A DNA stretch of 56,920 nt, filler included, from Sphacelaria rigidula (lineage: Eukaryota), in assembly GCA_964200075.2 (NCBI GenBank). It is 8 parts of 8 records of this genome, joined end to end, with 100 filler letters (N's around TTAATTAATTAA, not from the genome) between each part and the next. Parts side by side here need not be neighbours in the genome. Positions count along the whole stretch, not along the records: positions 1 to 7,029 come from CAXNAA020016879.1; positions 7,130 to 14,157 come from CAXNAA020016880.1; 6 more parts are not named here. One strand, given 5' to 3'. Positions 1 through 11,699 of this stretch are shown in pieces; position 1 is the first letter of the stretch; each line of letters opens with the position of its first letter. A model generated the notes under the pieces. That model saw only the letters and a program-made list of their open reading frames with translations. It was not told the origin of the DNA and did not search any database. The position numbers and the translations under genes are program-made.

Positions 1-180
1 GATGCAGCTCACCCTTCATGCGACTCGCCGAACACACCACGGCGCTTCGCGCTTCGCGCTTGGTGATTGAGTGCGAGCCTGGTCCGGCGAAAACCCGGCG
101 TGGTCCGTCCCGGCTTTGTAGGGATGAGAGGTCAATGGTCTTATGACTATGGCATGCATGATCATGAGTACACCCCCCCT
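1..180 (+). repeat. 3' part of dispersed non-autonomous retroelement (family B), ending GAGTAC + poly(C)
   Basis: Same sequence at 8465-8540 (+), 5961-6045 (-) and 28513-28590 (+); ends GGTCAATGGTC..GACT..GGCATGCATGATCATGAGTAC followed by a C-run. Confidence 0.75.
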
Positions 181-655
181 CTACAGACACACAGGATTAT
201 GACAACTTTACGTGTGTGTGACAAACAGCTGTCGAGCACAATTCCGACGTTTCTCCCTCTTCACGTTTAGCTGCCCTTAAATGTTCAGGTACAGCTTGGG
301 TAGAAGAGTAGGGTATTCCAGGTAATGCATGCATGCCGGGTTTGCAGTCATGATCAGGTACCGTGCTGTGTCGGCCAATCAGGTGGTCGTACTCGAGATA
401 GTTTATATCGCTATCGGAGCTGTGCCCAAAGCCAAAGTTTATTCCAAAGGTGCTCATGCATATACCTGAACCTTAACCTGATCACTTTCTCATGTTTTGT
501 ACTGCGGCAGATGTACGGAGGCTTTATTTTCTGTGTTGGCGGCCCACCAACCACATTGTACACAAGCTCGCGGTGTGTCGTTTTTTCTCTCGTGTTGTTG
601 GCTTTTTCAAGAATGAATGTCAACAATTTTTATTACTACTATTCGTTTTTACTCT

Positions 656-1048
656 CCCAGGTGGCTCAGTTGGTAACCCCTCGAAAAACCTGCTGACGGT
701 CGAGTCGTGGGGTTCGAATTTGAGAATGACCTGAGTTTTTTCTGACACAATGCCCAACGATGGAGGGCGACTACTATATGTTGTGGGTATACAAAACTCG
801 ACTGAATGCTCGACGAGGGAACGGGGCTGCTAATTCCTTCTCGCGATAAAAAAAATAAAGGTAAGCACCGCAAAAGGAAGGTGGAGAACTCAAACAAGCA
901 AAAAAGAAAGAAAACTCCCGTGTTGACTTTCTTCCTGTGTGACCCCGGCTGGTGCGCCCATATATACCGAATGGAGTAGACCGGCGTCCAGAATAGATGG
1001 GACGACAACACACACTCACACACACACACACATACACACACACACACA

Positions 1049-1128
<80 letters not shown>
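656..1128 (+). mobile_element. tRNA-derived SINE with (CA)n tail
   Basis: Pol III A box TGGCTCAGTTGG (662-673) and B box GGTTCGAAT (~711-719); 3' end GTAGACCGGCGTCCAGAATAGATGGGACGACAA(CA)n recurs on the minus strand at ~46830-46908. Confidence 0.7.

Positions 1129-1129
<1 letters not shown>
1007..1129. repeat. (CA)n microsatellite
   Basis: Direct reading, ~120 bp of nearly pure CA. Confidence 0.98.
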
Positions 1130-1132
<3 letters not shown>

Positions 1133-1171
1133 TTTCGTTTCGTTTCGTTTCTTCACTAAAAACAAAATCAG

Positions 1172-1282
1172 GTGGAGCGGGACAGGGGCATCACGGTGAA
1201 AGCGCAGACGGCTAGCATGTTGCACGATGGCCACCTGTTAAATCTCATCGACACCCCAGGGCACGTTGACTTCAGCTACGAG
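1172..1282 (+). CDS. GUF1: Internal exon of translation factor GUF1/LepA (EF4) GTPase
   Basis: CAG| acceptor, |GTGATG donor, 111 nt, phase 0-0. Encodes [37 protein letters not shown], with G2 (RGITxK) and G3 (DTPGH) and the LepA-typical AQTAS and DFSYE. No other exon found in this contig. Confidence 0.9.
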
Positions 1283-1547
1283 GTGATGATGAATGGTCAT
1301 ACGATTGTGGGTGGGGGGAGGGGGGTAATTGCACGGAAAGCAGGGGCTTGAATTAAAGGTGTGTCAAACGACCTGACATACCCACGGTGCGCTCGAAGTC
1401 GGGTGTAAACGATGTGAAGAGCAGTATGAATGGGTGTCTTATTGGTACTAATCGCGTTCGAACAACCGTTGCTGCTTTTAACGACGATTTGAAGCGACTT
1501 TTGCAAAAAATGCCCCCCCCCCCGGGCTATTCTACCCCCCCCCCCTA

Positions 1548-4500
1548 CATGCTACATGGACTAAAAAATCAAAGACGAGAGAGAACGCTCCGTTCTTGAC
1601 TATACAGTTGTGGACTATGAAAATAATTAATTAGGACATGGAGGTACGTGTATGCGCAGAGGACGTGGGAATTACAGATCATTGCCTCCTCTGGACAGAA
1701 AGCCAACATATGAGAGCCAGAAGAAATAGGCGGGGTAGACAGTTGTACAAATGGAGAATAGATAAACTAGAAGTTGAAGAAGAACAACAAGAGTTCCGAA
1801 AAGATATGTAAAAAAATGCAGTCAAAGTTTCCGAGCCGTTGAAAAGTGCAGATACAAGAACATACAGAAATAGGAAGGGATAGAGCAAAAGCGAAGATCA
1901 GAGAAGGATGAGAGTAGTCGGTCAAGAACACAGCGAGTAAGCCATAAGGAAGAAACGGATCGTATGCAACGGAGCAGCATAATGATGCGGTGAGGAAGTA
2001 AAATAGGCTATGAGAGTAAGGCGAGAGGCCCACGCAAGATATTTATATTTCGAGTAAAACTACTGTAGGATGGGAAGAGTACCCGAGAGCTAGAAATGAG
2101 GTAAAATAGATCGTAAAGAAGAAAAAAAGGGGAAAATGGGAAGACGTAGTTGAGAACAGAAATGAAGATTTCGATGACGGGATGAAACAAATGTGGGTAG
2201 GGATAAAGGGGATAATGGGCAAACAGGCAGGAGAGACAGGCAAGGGGATATCCGCCTTAGGAGCACCGGACGGTACAATGGTCAGTAGTTTGAAGGGAAG
2301 AGAAAAGCACTAGTAGAGCACTACCGTAAACTAGGAACACCAACAGCTAACGAGAGGTTCAACGCGAAATTCGAGAAATAAATCACTATATACTTTTTAG
2401 TTTGTTTATTTATTTATTATATCTTATTTCTTAATTATTCATGTATGGGATTCAAAAAAGGGGCATAGGGTCTAGGATTGTTTTTTTCGGCACTGAGCAG
2501 AGGCGAATGTGCAGGCATCAGTTCACAAGAGAGGAAGTGAAATAGTGTGTAGCCGAAGTTGAAAACAAAAGGCAGCAGGGCCAGACGAAATAGTAAACGA
2601 ATTTCTGAAGCATTGGGGAGAGAGCATGATTTGCCATTATGGTTATGCTGTATAATTGGATATGGGAAAACGAGTACACACCGAAGAAGTGGAGAGAACG
2701 AGTAGTCGTCAATCTTTTCCAAAAAAAGAGACAAGGCTGACCCAGGAAGTTATAGAGGGATAACGCTACTGAGAACGGTAGAGAAGACATTATAGAAGAT
2801 TATGAACGATAGAGTAGGAACGATACCAGAAAAGGAAGAAAAAATCAGCGAGGGGCAAGCAGGTTTTAGACTAAACCGTAGTTGCGTAGACCATGTGTAC
2901 ACATTGGGTAAGATTATTCAAGGTAGGAAAGACGCCGGGCTGACAACGTACTGTCTCTTTCTGGACGAAGAAAAAGGCTTGTGATACAGTATGGAGAAAT
3001 GGGCTCTGGAAGAAGCTGTGGGAAGCTAAAATCAGAGGAAAGATGTGGAGAATGGTGAAGAAGATGACAGAATGTGCCAAAAGTGCCATGATGCTGGACG
3101 GGGAAATATCGAAATATTTCGATATTTTGCAAGGAGTTGCACACGGGTGTACGTCATCACCCACTTTATTCAAGGTAGTCGTAAATGACCTGATAATAGC
3201 AATAGAAGCAGCGAAGTAACGAGTCAAGGTGGGTGAAGATATGGTATCAGGATTAATGTTCGCGGATGATTTTGTGAGGATATGAGGAACACCAGGAGGA
3301 TTGCAACAGCAAGTAGACAAGGCGCTAGAATACACTAGGAAATGGAGGGTGACAGCGAACGTTGACAAATGCGCGGTACTCGTCTGTAACGAAGACAAGA
3401 AACATCCGGTAGAATTCCAATGGAAGTGGGGAGAAGAGGAGCTGCCGATCGTAGACCAGTATACATACCTTGGCATAGATATAAAAAAAATGTTCTAGGA
3501 ATGCCCATTTTTTTTCCCCTCACACTTTGAACCCCTCCCCTTTCTCGGGATGAGTCCGTGGTCACTAGGGATCAACCCACCTCTCCCCCGGTACGCGCCT
3601 TACATTTTGGTCTCGTGGATTGTGTCAGCACCCCCGCGCCGCGTCAACTCACGTCACACAAATCCAGTCGACTACTTTGTGTACTCACGTTCTCACGCTT
3701 TCCACGGTGGGATTTCTACATTACGAAGAGAAAACCCAACGCATCGGGAATCAAACCCTCGTTTTCTCCACCCTAATAGTGACAGTCGGGCCATTACACC
3801 ACCGGGGCGCAGCGGCGCATGTAAACAAAGTAATTAAAAAGGGTAAGGCACAGGTAGGCAGGTTGGAGGTGATCCTCAGAGACCCGCACCTAAACACGAA
3901 GATGAAGAGATGTATCCTGATGAACGTGATCGTACCAACGCTAGAAGATACAGGAGAAACGTGGGAGGGGAACGTGAAGTTGGTGAAGAAGTTGGAAACA
4001 GTACAGATGGCAGCAGCTAAGAAAATACGTAGATTCTCGAATACGACGAGAAATACAGCATCGAGATCAGCGTTGAGAATGTACTCGCTTAAAACAAACA
4101 GAGACTTGAGAAAATTGAGGTGGCAATATAGCTTGAAGAATATGCAGAGAAAGAGGTTGCCACCCATAACTGAAAGGGCTGTATGGAGAAAAGTACGAAA
4201 GGGAAGGCTGGAGTAAGGTGGGATAGAGTAGTCAAGAAAGTGTGGAAGGAGATGGGAGGAAAACAAGACGAGATAATCTTTATAGGTGAAGGCGGGGGGT
4301 ACAAGACAAAAGTAAGAGACATGATGAAAATGAGGGGGAAAGAAGCGCTCAGACGGCAAGTAGACGAGGAAGAGCACCTGAAGATATGCGGCGGGTTGAG
4401 AGAAGGGATAGGGATGAAAACGTATCTGCATGGCCCAATGGAATGCCCGAAAAAGTTGTAGAACTTATATAGTGACAGAGTGTGAAATATACAAGGAGGA

Positions 4501-4798
4501 ACTGCACGTGCTAGAGGGGGAGATGGGGGAAGTAAACGAAGGTGGCATGGAATCGTTTGATGCATTGGACAGTAGGGAGAAAAAGATGGCTATCCTAGGA
4601 GATAGATGGTGGCCACAGACGGCGAAACAGGATAGGGACAAGATATGCTAGAGGTTTTATGTGTAACGCATGGAAGAAAAGTAATGAGCGCCCAAGTGTT
4701 GGTTGGAGTTGTCTCCATTAAGAGTAGGAGCGGTGCTCCGTCTCGAAAGGGATGCATGGCCAATGGTCAAACGACGAAGGCAAGCGACAAATAAGTAC
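1548..4798 (+). mobile_element. 5'-truncated decayed LINE (ORF2: APE C-terminus + reverse transcriptase), in the GUF1 intron
   Basis: APE end motifs SVLDY...TDH near 1590-1690; RT motifs EGQAGFR, CLFLD, QGVAHG, LMFADD (~3255-3270), YTYLG. Stops and frameshifts present. C-runs at both ends. Confidence 0.9.
3508..3810 (-). mobile_element. tRNA-derived SINE nested in the LINE
   Basis: Minus strand reads GCGCCCCGGTGGTGTAATGG (A box)...GGTTTGATTCC (B box)...A-tail; closely similar copy at 30794-31090; the LINE reading frame resumes on both sides. Confidence 0.85.
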
Positions 4799-4829
<31 letters not shown>

Positions 4830-5639
4830 CACTCCCCCACACCCCCCGCCCACACANNNNNNNNNNACCAAAGAAGACAGCCCCCCCCCCCCCCCCCCTC
4901 CCCATTGTAGGATGACTCTGATGATGACAAAAAAAACAAACATTTTTTCCCCTGTATCATGTCCGTACACCAAGTAAATCCACTGGATTATGACGTACTC
5001 TAATCAGCATGTGCACACACGCGTACACTTCATGTCTTTTGTACGTGGACACTTGTACCCAGTGCAGTGTTCCAGACCCCATATGATGAGCCGAACAGCC
5101 CACGCATAGCATTCATTCATTTTACATTGACCTTTACATGCACAACTAAGGTTTTCCTCCATTGCTCGAAATAAAATATTTGGTATGACTACTTTGTTGA
5201 GCATATGCTTCAAAAGTGCGCTGAGCACAGATTCATTAGCCCCGAAACCAATCAGGAGGATCAATAACGTGAATTGTCACAACCACGCTCGAAATCAACA
5301 GTTTGTCCTCATTTTGTTTTTTCGTCTCGATGAAACCAAGCCGTTTACCGTATAGAATGATGAATCGCCCCCATGTTTAATATTTTTCCTTCGTCCGTAT
5401 ACTACAGTATGGGTCGTGCGATGTTTTTGGTTTGTTCATGTGTACACAGACAGGCAGATGGGGTGGTGCGGAAGTCTCCTGAAGCACTTCCTTGGTCGGC
5501 TACATGGGTGGTGAATCGGATAGACAAATTACTTGCTTCGCAGACTGTCCGGAAAAGTAGTATCCGTTAGTCTTTAGTCATCATCCAAATAAAAGTACTT
5601 GTTGATTTATTTGATGTTGCTTCATTTATTTATTTTCAT

Positions 5640-5722
5640 GTTATTTGTCGCACTTTGAACCCCTCCCCTTCCTCGGGAGGAGCCCGTGGTCTCGAGGGAT
5701 CAACCCATCTCTCCCCCGGTAC
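5640..5722 (-). repeat. 3' tail shared with the tRNA-SINE family
   Basis: CACTTTGAACCCCTCCCCTTCCTCGGGA...GGGATCAACCCATCTCTCCCCCGGTAC matches 3523-3594; the sequence further 5' differs. Confidence 0.75.
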
Positions 5723-5960
5723 AGTACTCGTAGTATAATTCCCGTAACACCGTTCTGGTCTTTTTGCCCAGGGCCTCGATAAGCGTGCATACCCACTCCG
5801 CACGTCCTTCACTGTGGGAACGCACCTAAAGAAGGGAAAAGGCTTTCGACATGTTTTACTCAACGGCCACTTCAATTTCCGGGAGACCTAGAAACTCGGT
5901 GAAATGTAAGAAAGCACCGCACCTCGTTTGTTTTCTGGTCGGCGCAGAAGGTGGCACGAC

Positions 5961-6147
5961 GGACCAGGCTCGCAATCAATCACAAAGCGCGAAGCACCGT
6001 GATGTGTTCGGCAAGTTAGTCGCATGAAGGGTAAGCTGCATCCTGCTTAGACTGTTCGGCGCAAAGCCTACTGAATGTCTTGCATTTGGATGACAGCCTC
6101 CACTGAGTTGCTTCGTTTTCTGGTATCGTCATTTCCAGAGATAGCTA
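5961..6147 (-). repeat. Family B fragment
   Basis: Reverse complement matches 1-85 and 8365-8540. Confidence 0.75.
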
Positions 6148-6180
6148 CGGGTTACACTGCCTCATGGGCGAGGGGGGGGT

Positions 6181-6240
6181 GTACTCATTTGTTCCTTGCC
6201 TTAGTCGTTTGACTATTGACCACGCATCCCTTCCGAGACG
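6181..6240 (-). repeat. Very short 5'-truncated LINE tail between G-runs
   Basis: Reverse complement matches 4739-4798; G-runs on both sides. Confidence 0.85.
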
Positions 6241-7029
6241 GGGGAGGGGTGGGGGGGCGGGGGGGGGGTACCCAAAATCCATGTATTCCAGCTGCCGGAT
6301 GTAGTCAGAGCGCTGAAACTGCAGTTGGTTCACACATTGAGAGCATGATATTGTCATCGGAGCAAGGATATACTGTCACAAACACACAGGTTAATGCATT
6401 AGCTATGCATGATGGAGTGCCCACGTAGGGAGAAGATGTGCTACATAACGTATCTGTAAGGTCCGCATGCTAACCGTGACTACGTACACGCGCCGAAATA
6501 CTATGCAATGGATCCTGCCTGTTGCGTTCGATTTGCTGCAATGAAGTGGCACGCACGCACAGCGTTCAGCAGGTAGGTCATTCCTTGGTGGAGGATGGGG
6601 GGCGTCGTATTCAGGGGTCAGCAGTAGTAGAGTGCAGTTCATCATCGGGTGGCGATGATGGCTCTCGGAGATTATTTGGTAGTCTGCTCTTTCTTCTGAG
6701 CTCTTGTGGGCCGACCTTCGGATGGCTGTCTTCCTTTTTTTATTCTGATCATTGGGCTGGAGAGGGAGTGAGTACGACCCGTAATTAAATTGCCCCATAG
6801 CCTTCTATACAGGGTCATAATCTACCCTGCAGCAGTACACTTGTGTCGAAAGGACGTCGAGAGATTGGTACGAGTTGACCGTGGGTCATGAAGGTCGGAC
6901 TGATGTGATGCAAAAAACAATCGGCAAGGCCTGTGCCTGACTTTTGGTGTTGGGGGGGGGGGGGGGGGTTGTTTGCTGATCCAAGCATGCAGTGGTACAA
7001 ACGCCGTTGACACCAAAGGGGAAGGGGGT

Positions 7030-7129
7030 NNNNNNNNNNNNNNNNNNNNNNNNNNNNNNNNNNNNNNNNNNNNTTAATTAATTAANNNNNNNNNNNNNNN
7101 NNNNNNNNNNNNNNNNNNNNNNNNNNNNN
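7030..7129. other. Artificial contig spacer N44-TTAATTAATTAA-N44 (also 14158-14257, 21286-21385, 28413-28512, 35540-35639, 42667-42766, 49794-49893)
   Basis: Identical 100-nt six-frame-stop linker every 7127-7128 bp. Confidence 0.97.
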
Positions 7130-8172
7130 GGGAGAAAAAAGTCGATCGCTGGTCCAATGGGTATCCACGCAATTTTTGCGTCATTCCACGTGTCTGGGCT
7201 GCGTGTACCTGGGTTGCAACGCTGAAAACAAAGCCCAAGGATTAATTCGTACGATTCGAATCAATTACACGAAAGTCAAGTAATTTCCAGACGAATCATT
7301 GATTTGTCCGACCCTTGCAATCCTTGCGAATACCCGCACTTGGTCTGCACATTTTTATTTTTATTTTTTAGAACTCGCGGAAAACAGTACAAACTGCTAT
7401 ATACGAGCTTTCGTAACCGGGAAAACGTCACTTGGAGTTCGGTGCACGAATCTATCACATTGGCATACTTGAACTTAGAGTTGTTCACCGTTTTGGTGGG
7501 CTGCATCATCAACAATTGCAGAAAACAACCACATCTTGCCCAAGGAAACGTGAATTGTAAATCGTCACTTTTCCACCAACGGTTCTACGAGGGTTAACGG
7601 AAACGTTGATTGTTCATTTCTCGATCGTGGCTGGACTCACCCCCTTGAAACGTGGTGCACTAGTCGGACACAATACAGGCAGTATGTGTACCGGAGAAGA
7701 ACTCCTTTTGGCTTCCAAGCAAATTAAACAAAGCGAAAACGGCAATCAATACCGTGAACACGCCCTCAAAATGGCTATCTCGCAGCCCAGATTCTGTGAA
7801 CTGCGAGTGAAAGCATATGTGGGCATGGTGGTGTACTCACTTCCACGTCATGGGCGCCTGGGAGTGTGCAGTGCTGGCACAGGTACTTCAGCAGTGGCAC
7901 GCCCTCTGGATAATGACAGCCTGTACAAAAGTCGCTCTGTTATCGCCTGTAGGGATGCTCAGCGCGGGAGGCACGGTCGTACGCGCGCTGTCGTCGCCTC
8001 AAGGCGCTGAAACTTCGGTCACATGCCATGTGAACCATAATCAACAAGCCTGTGTGTCTGGATCTGGGATTGGGCGTTGTAACAGTGCGCGAGAGGATAT
8101 AAACAGCTCAAATTCTGTTTCAATAGAATTTTATTATTTCATCTTGGCGCAGGACTGAAGGATGTAAAGCAT

Positions 8173-8540
8173 GCCACTGACTACGTAAGCTAGGCAGCCA
8201 GGTTACTGTTTTTGTTTTTGCACGCTCGCATTTGTTTCGCGGTAACCATGATGGTGGTCGAGCTACGTCATATTGTGCGGGGTGGGAGAACCTCAATTCC
8301 GCGCAAAAGGGATGATCATATTACGTGGTGTTGAAATGGTGAGACACCCATGAGGCAGTGGTTGTCTATGGAAGGGGCGATGCCAGAAAATGAAGCAACT
8401 CATTCGTAGGTTGTCATCCAAATGCAAGGTAATCAGTACGCTTCGCACCGAACAATCATAGTAGAATGCAGCTCACCCTTCATGCGACTCGGCGAACACG
8501 TCAAACCGCTTAGCGCTTGGTGATTGATTGCGAGCCTCTG
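8173..8540 (+). repeat. Family B body
   Basis: GCGGTAACCATG..GTGGTCGAGCTA..GGAGAACCT..GAGACACCCATGA matches 44560-44770 (-) and 14085-14157; its 3' part matches 1-80. Confidence 0.75.
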
Positions 8541-8669
8541 CCGATTGCTGCTACCTTGCCAACTCCCCCGACACCATGGCTGACCCCATACCCGACGGCG
8601 CTACATCATAATCACTGTTGCTGACTTTGTTCTTCCTCGCAGCCGTCGCCACCTCTGCTCGCTTGCGCT

Positions 8670-10366
8670 TCATCTCTTTTTGGACAAGCGGTCAGGTAAC
8701 GTTTTGACCGAAAACTGCCATGCACACGACGGGTCGTTCACCACCCTCTCGTTACCAGCGGCGTCTACTTGCTCACCCAAGTCGCACAGGTTGTCTATTA
8801 TCGACAGCCGCACGCTGCTGATCATCTGTTTGAGGTGCTCGGCGCCGTACAAGCACGCCGAATGGACCTCCTTGTGCAGACATGCGTCGCGGATTGAGCA
8901 AAGAGGATATTTTGCTCGGACCCTGCTTCGACGCAGCAGACGCGCCCGGCAACCTGTACGATGTTATCAAAGCACGACTCCTCCACTTCAATATACATGG
9001 CGATAGGGTGGTGTTCGTGCTACAGGCCACAGACAGACCTCCCCTTGTTGGTTGGTCATTCCCGCCCGACGACGACGGACTTGAGGAATCCGTTCAGGCC
9101 CAGTTCGTCAAGTGTTTCGATCTGGAAATGTGATCAGGCTCGGGTGATCACTCACACACTTCTTCGCCTTCGTGAATCTGTAGTGGATGACTCCGTGGTC
9201 GTCGATGTCCCTTCTCATCGCCGTTGGCGCACTGTCCAGGGCCTTTTGAATCGCCGCCGCCGACGTGATGACGTCCAATTCGCCGGCGCTCCAGAATATG
9301 GTGACCAATCCTCTCGTGCTCCTGTACTTGACCGCCGTGCGATGCGCTTCGTCGACCCGCCCGCGTTTGCCGGTATCCATGGTGGCGTAGATGAGAGCCG
9401 CCCAGGGTTCTGGAGAGGCGGATATAAACTCGTAGAAGTCTTGGCGACTCCCTTCTCCGTGGGCGATATCGTTGAATTCTCTGACTGAGTCGACCTGTCC
9501 GAGTATCCACGGTAGTTGCTCGACGGCGGAATGTGGGGGTAGGTTGTTTTTCTGCCGCACAACGGGTCATCGTTCGGCAGCGGCTCAGGGATCGTCGCGG
9601 TCACAAACACCACCGATGACGCGAAGTCGAGCAAGCTTTGATCGTTGCCCAGGCTGTGTAGTTTTATCTCCGCTTTCGTGGTGCTATCACTCGACTTAGT
9701 CGAGAGATTAGCCTCGTTCAGGATAAACTGTGTTTTGACGCGGCTCTCGTCGTCGTCGCTGCCCAGGATGGAGTCGGTGATCGCCACGAGAGCTTTCACG
9801 TGGTCGATTTGGTGAGGGTTGAGTAGGACGAGGTAGGCCAGGATGTCTTGAGAGGCGCCAGAATACCATCTTCGGAGGCACCTTTTGAAGTCCCCCACTC
9901 GGTCGTCGGTCCCGCTTGGGACGAACGTCTGGAGACTAGGCCGAGATGATGATCCAATGGACGTGGAGCACTTGTCGAAGATGTCGACGTCTTTCAGACT
10001 CTGCGCCAATCGAGGCATCTCTGATATCTCGTTATGTGTGAAGATGACGGACGATATCCCGGTCCTGACTCCCGCATATGTCCCGATGTGCGCAATCACA
10101 CCACTTTTCGCTCCCTGTGGGTCGCCCTCGATAGCCGTCCGCGTGCTCAATCCGCTTGTCAGGTTGCCACACGGATTTGGCTGATACTTGTGCGTGCTCC
10201 TGGCTACTTCCAGGAGAGCGGTCAAGGATGATACACCAGTGCGTCCTCCCGTCACCGTGTCGAAGAAGTCGTGGACATTCTTCTTTTCGAGGTCAAGCTA
10301 TCCACACAGTTGAAGGGCACGGATGGGTGTCGTCTGCTCCTGTGGCGTGCGTGGGCCGGTGTTCAT
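8670..10366 (-). pseudogene. Intronless, decayed SF2/Z1-type ATPase-helicase-like gene, probably of giant-virus origin
   Basis: ATG at 10366 after an AT-rich tract. Joining frames gives IEGDPQGAKS (Walker A-like), FILNEAN (decayed DEAD-like Walker B), FVTAT (motif III), SVVVGRE..NKGRS (motif V-like) and DNIVQVAGR (motif VI). Several stops and frameshifts. Confidence 0.6.
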
Positions 10367-10369
10367 TTG

Positions 10370-10579
10370 TTATACTCTCATATTATATATGATGCACTCG
10401 TCTTCTTCACTATTGTCAACAAAAACAATCAGAAGCCACATCAAGTGAAACAACAGAGAAATGCCTGAAAGAGAACCAATCACCTGTATGTTACCGCAGC
10501 AGAATGGGTCTGCCGCGTTCGCGGAGGCATCCTCGGGATGATCTTGATATGAGCGCACGAATTCGGCCTCCTCCTCCAT
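10370..10579 (-). CDS. Small intronless ORF with one hydrophobic segment, head-to-tail with the ATPase
   Basis: MEEEAEFVRSYQDHPEDA...SLSGISLLFHLMWLLIVFVD; stop lies immediately upstream of the ATPase ATG. Confidence 0.3.
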   Translation of the reverse strand: MEEEAEFVRSYQDHPEDASANAADPFCCGNIQVIGSLSGISLLFHLMWLLIVFVDNSEEDECIIYNMRV

Positions 10580-11699
10580 TGTTGTGCTGAGGAGGGGCGG
10601 CGATTCGCGAGCCAGCGACAACAGAGAGTTCCTGAAAATGTTATTTCGCATTTTTGAGTCAGAGTGGAAGGGGAAACAGTTGGTAACAAACGGTACACGT
10701 TCCACTACAAAAAATATTTTCAAGTCGACACACCAGATTGATAGTCCAGTTGGAGTACTACACTCTGGAAACCGATGTGCCTCTTCAGACTTCATAGCGG
10801 AGCGGAAAAGGAACCACCCCCCCCCCCCCCCCCACGGTCACAGTCAGTTCACAATCAATATACCCTAACACGCAAAGTGGGGCATCCATCACAACTGTCG
10901 TGCTCATCACAATGGACCAGTCCCGAAGTAGCAACGCTTCCTGGCATCGCAATCAGAGGACCTCCCTGACGCCGCCGTGGTATCGTCAGCATTCGCTTGA
11001 TTGTGTTGCGTGAAATTTGAAATGCTCGGCGGGTGCAAGGCGTTACCTTGGGTACAGCTCTTCACTCTCGCCAACCTCAGCTGGAAGAAGACGATGTGAA
11101 TAATTCGTAGTCTACGGCGCACAAGCAGTGGTACACCTGGCTGCATTTCCATTCCGTGAGAGGTCATGACATCTTGCACCGCCGTTATGGGTGACATGTT
11201 GGAAATCATTGCAATGCGGCTTTGTCTGTTGTTTGGAAGTGCTACCGTACTGTCTGTACGGTATCGTTGCACTTCACCGTACCGCGATGTACTGCAGGGT
11301 TCTGCATTGCTGAACCCCTCTGTCGCTCAGTCATCGCTTTAGCGCACAGGGCAGCCATGTGGAGACAAAACTACTCTGCAGGGCGTCGGCAACGGAGCGA
11401 ACACTTCCGCACTATCTACGGCAATAACGGCGAGAAAGATGGTGGTTGGAGATGCCCTTGAAAACCCGCGAGGGTTGAAGGCTGTCGTGGCATAACTCAA
11501 CTTCTGTTTTGTGTTTCCTCCGTAGTCACCAAAGTGTTCGTTGCTCGTTCAGGCAAGCTCCTTTGCGTGCTCCTTTATGGCTTCTTCTATCGCCTCGATA
11601 GTCACTGCCGTTCATATATCGGAAAAATCAGGGACCTTCACGGTTCGGACAAATCAAATCGTGATTCAACTCGTGTTCACCATTTGAACGAATAAATCA

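Noticed and set aside
649-1234. VCVC/THTH ORFs
   Set aside because: They are translations of the (CA)n microsatellite.
2871-4565. Long minus-strand ORFs over the LINE, and similar antisense ORFs over Gypsy, Copia and the HEAT exon
   Set aside because: They are shadow frames of recognisable sense-strand coding sequence.
7074-7085. TTAATTAATTAA as a biological motif
   Set aside because: It is a six-frame stop linker centred in N runs.
7840-8010. Minus-strand Cys-rich exon candidate (FCTGCHYPEGVPLLKYLCQHC, donor GTGAGT)
   Set aside because: It contains an in-frame stop, has no partner exons and matches no family I recognise.
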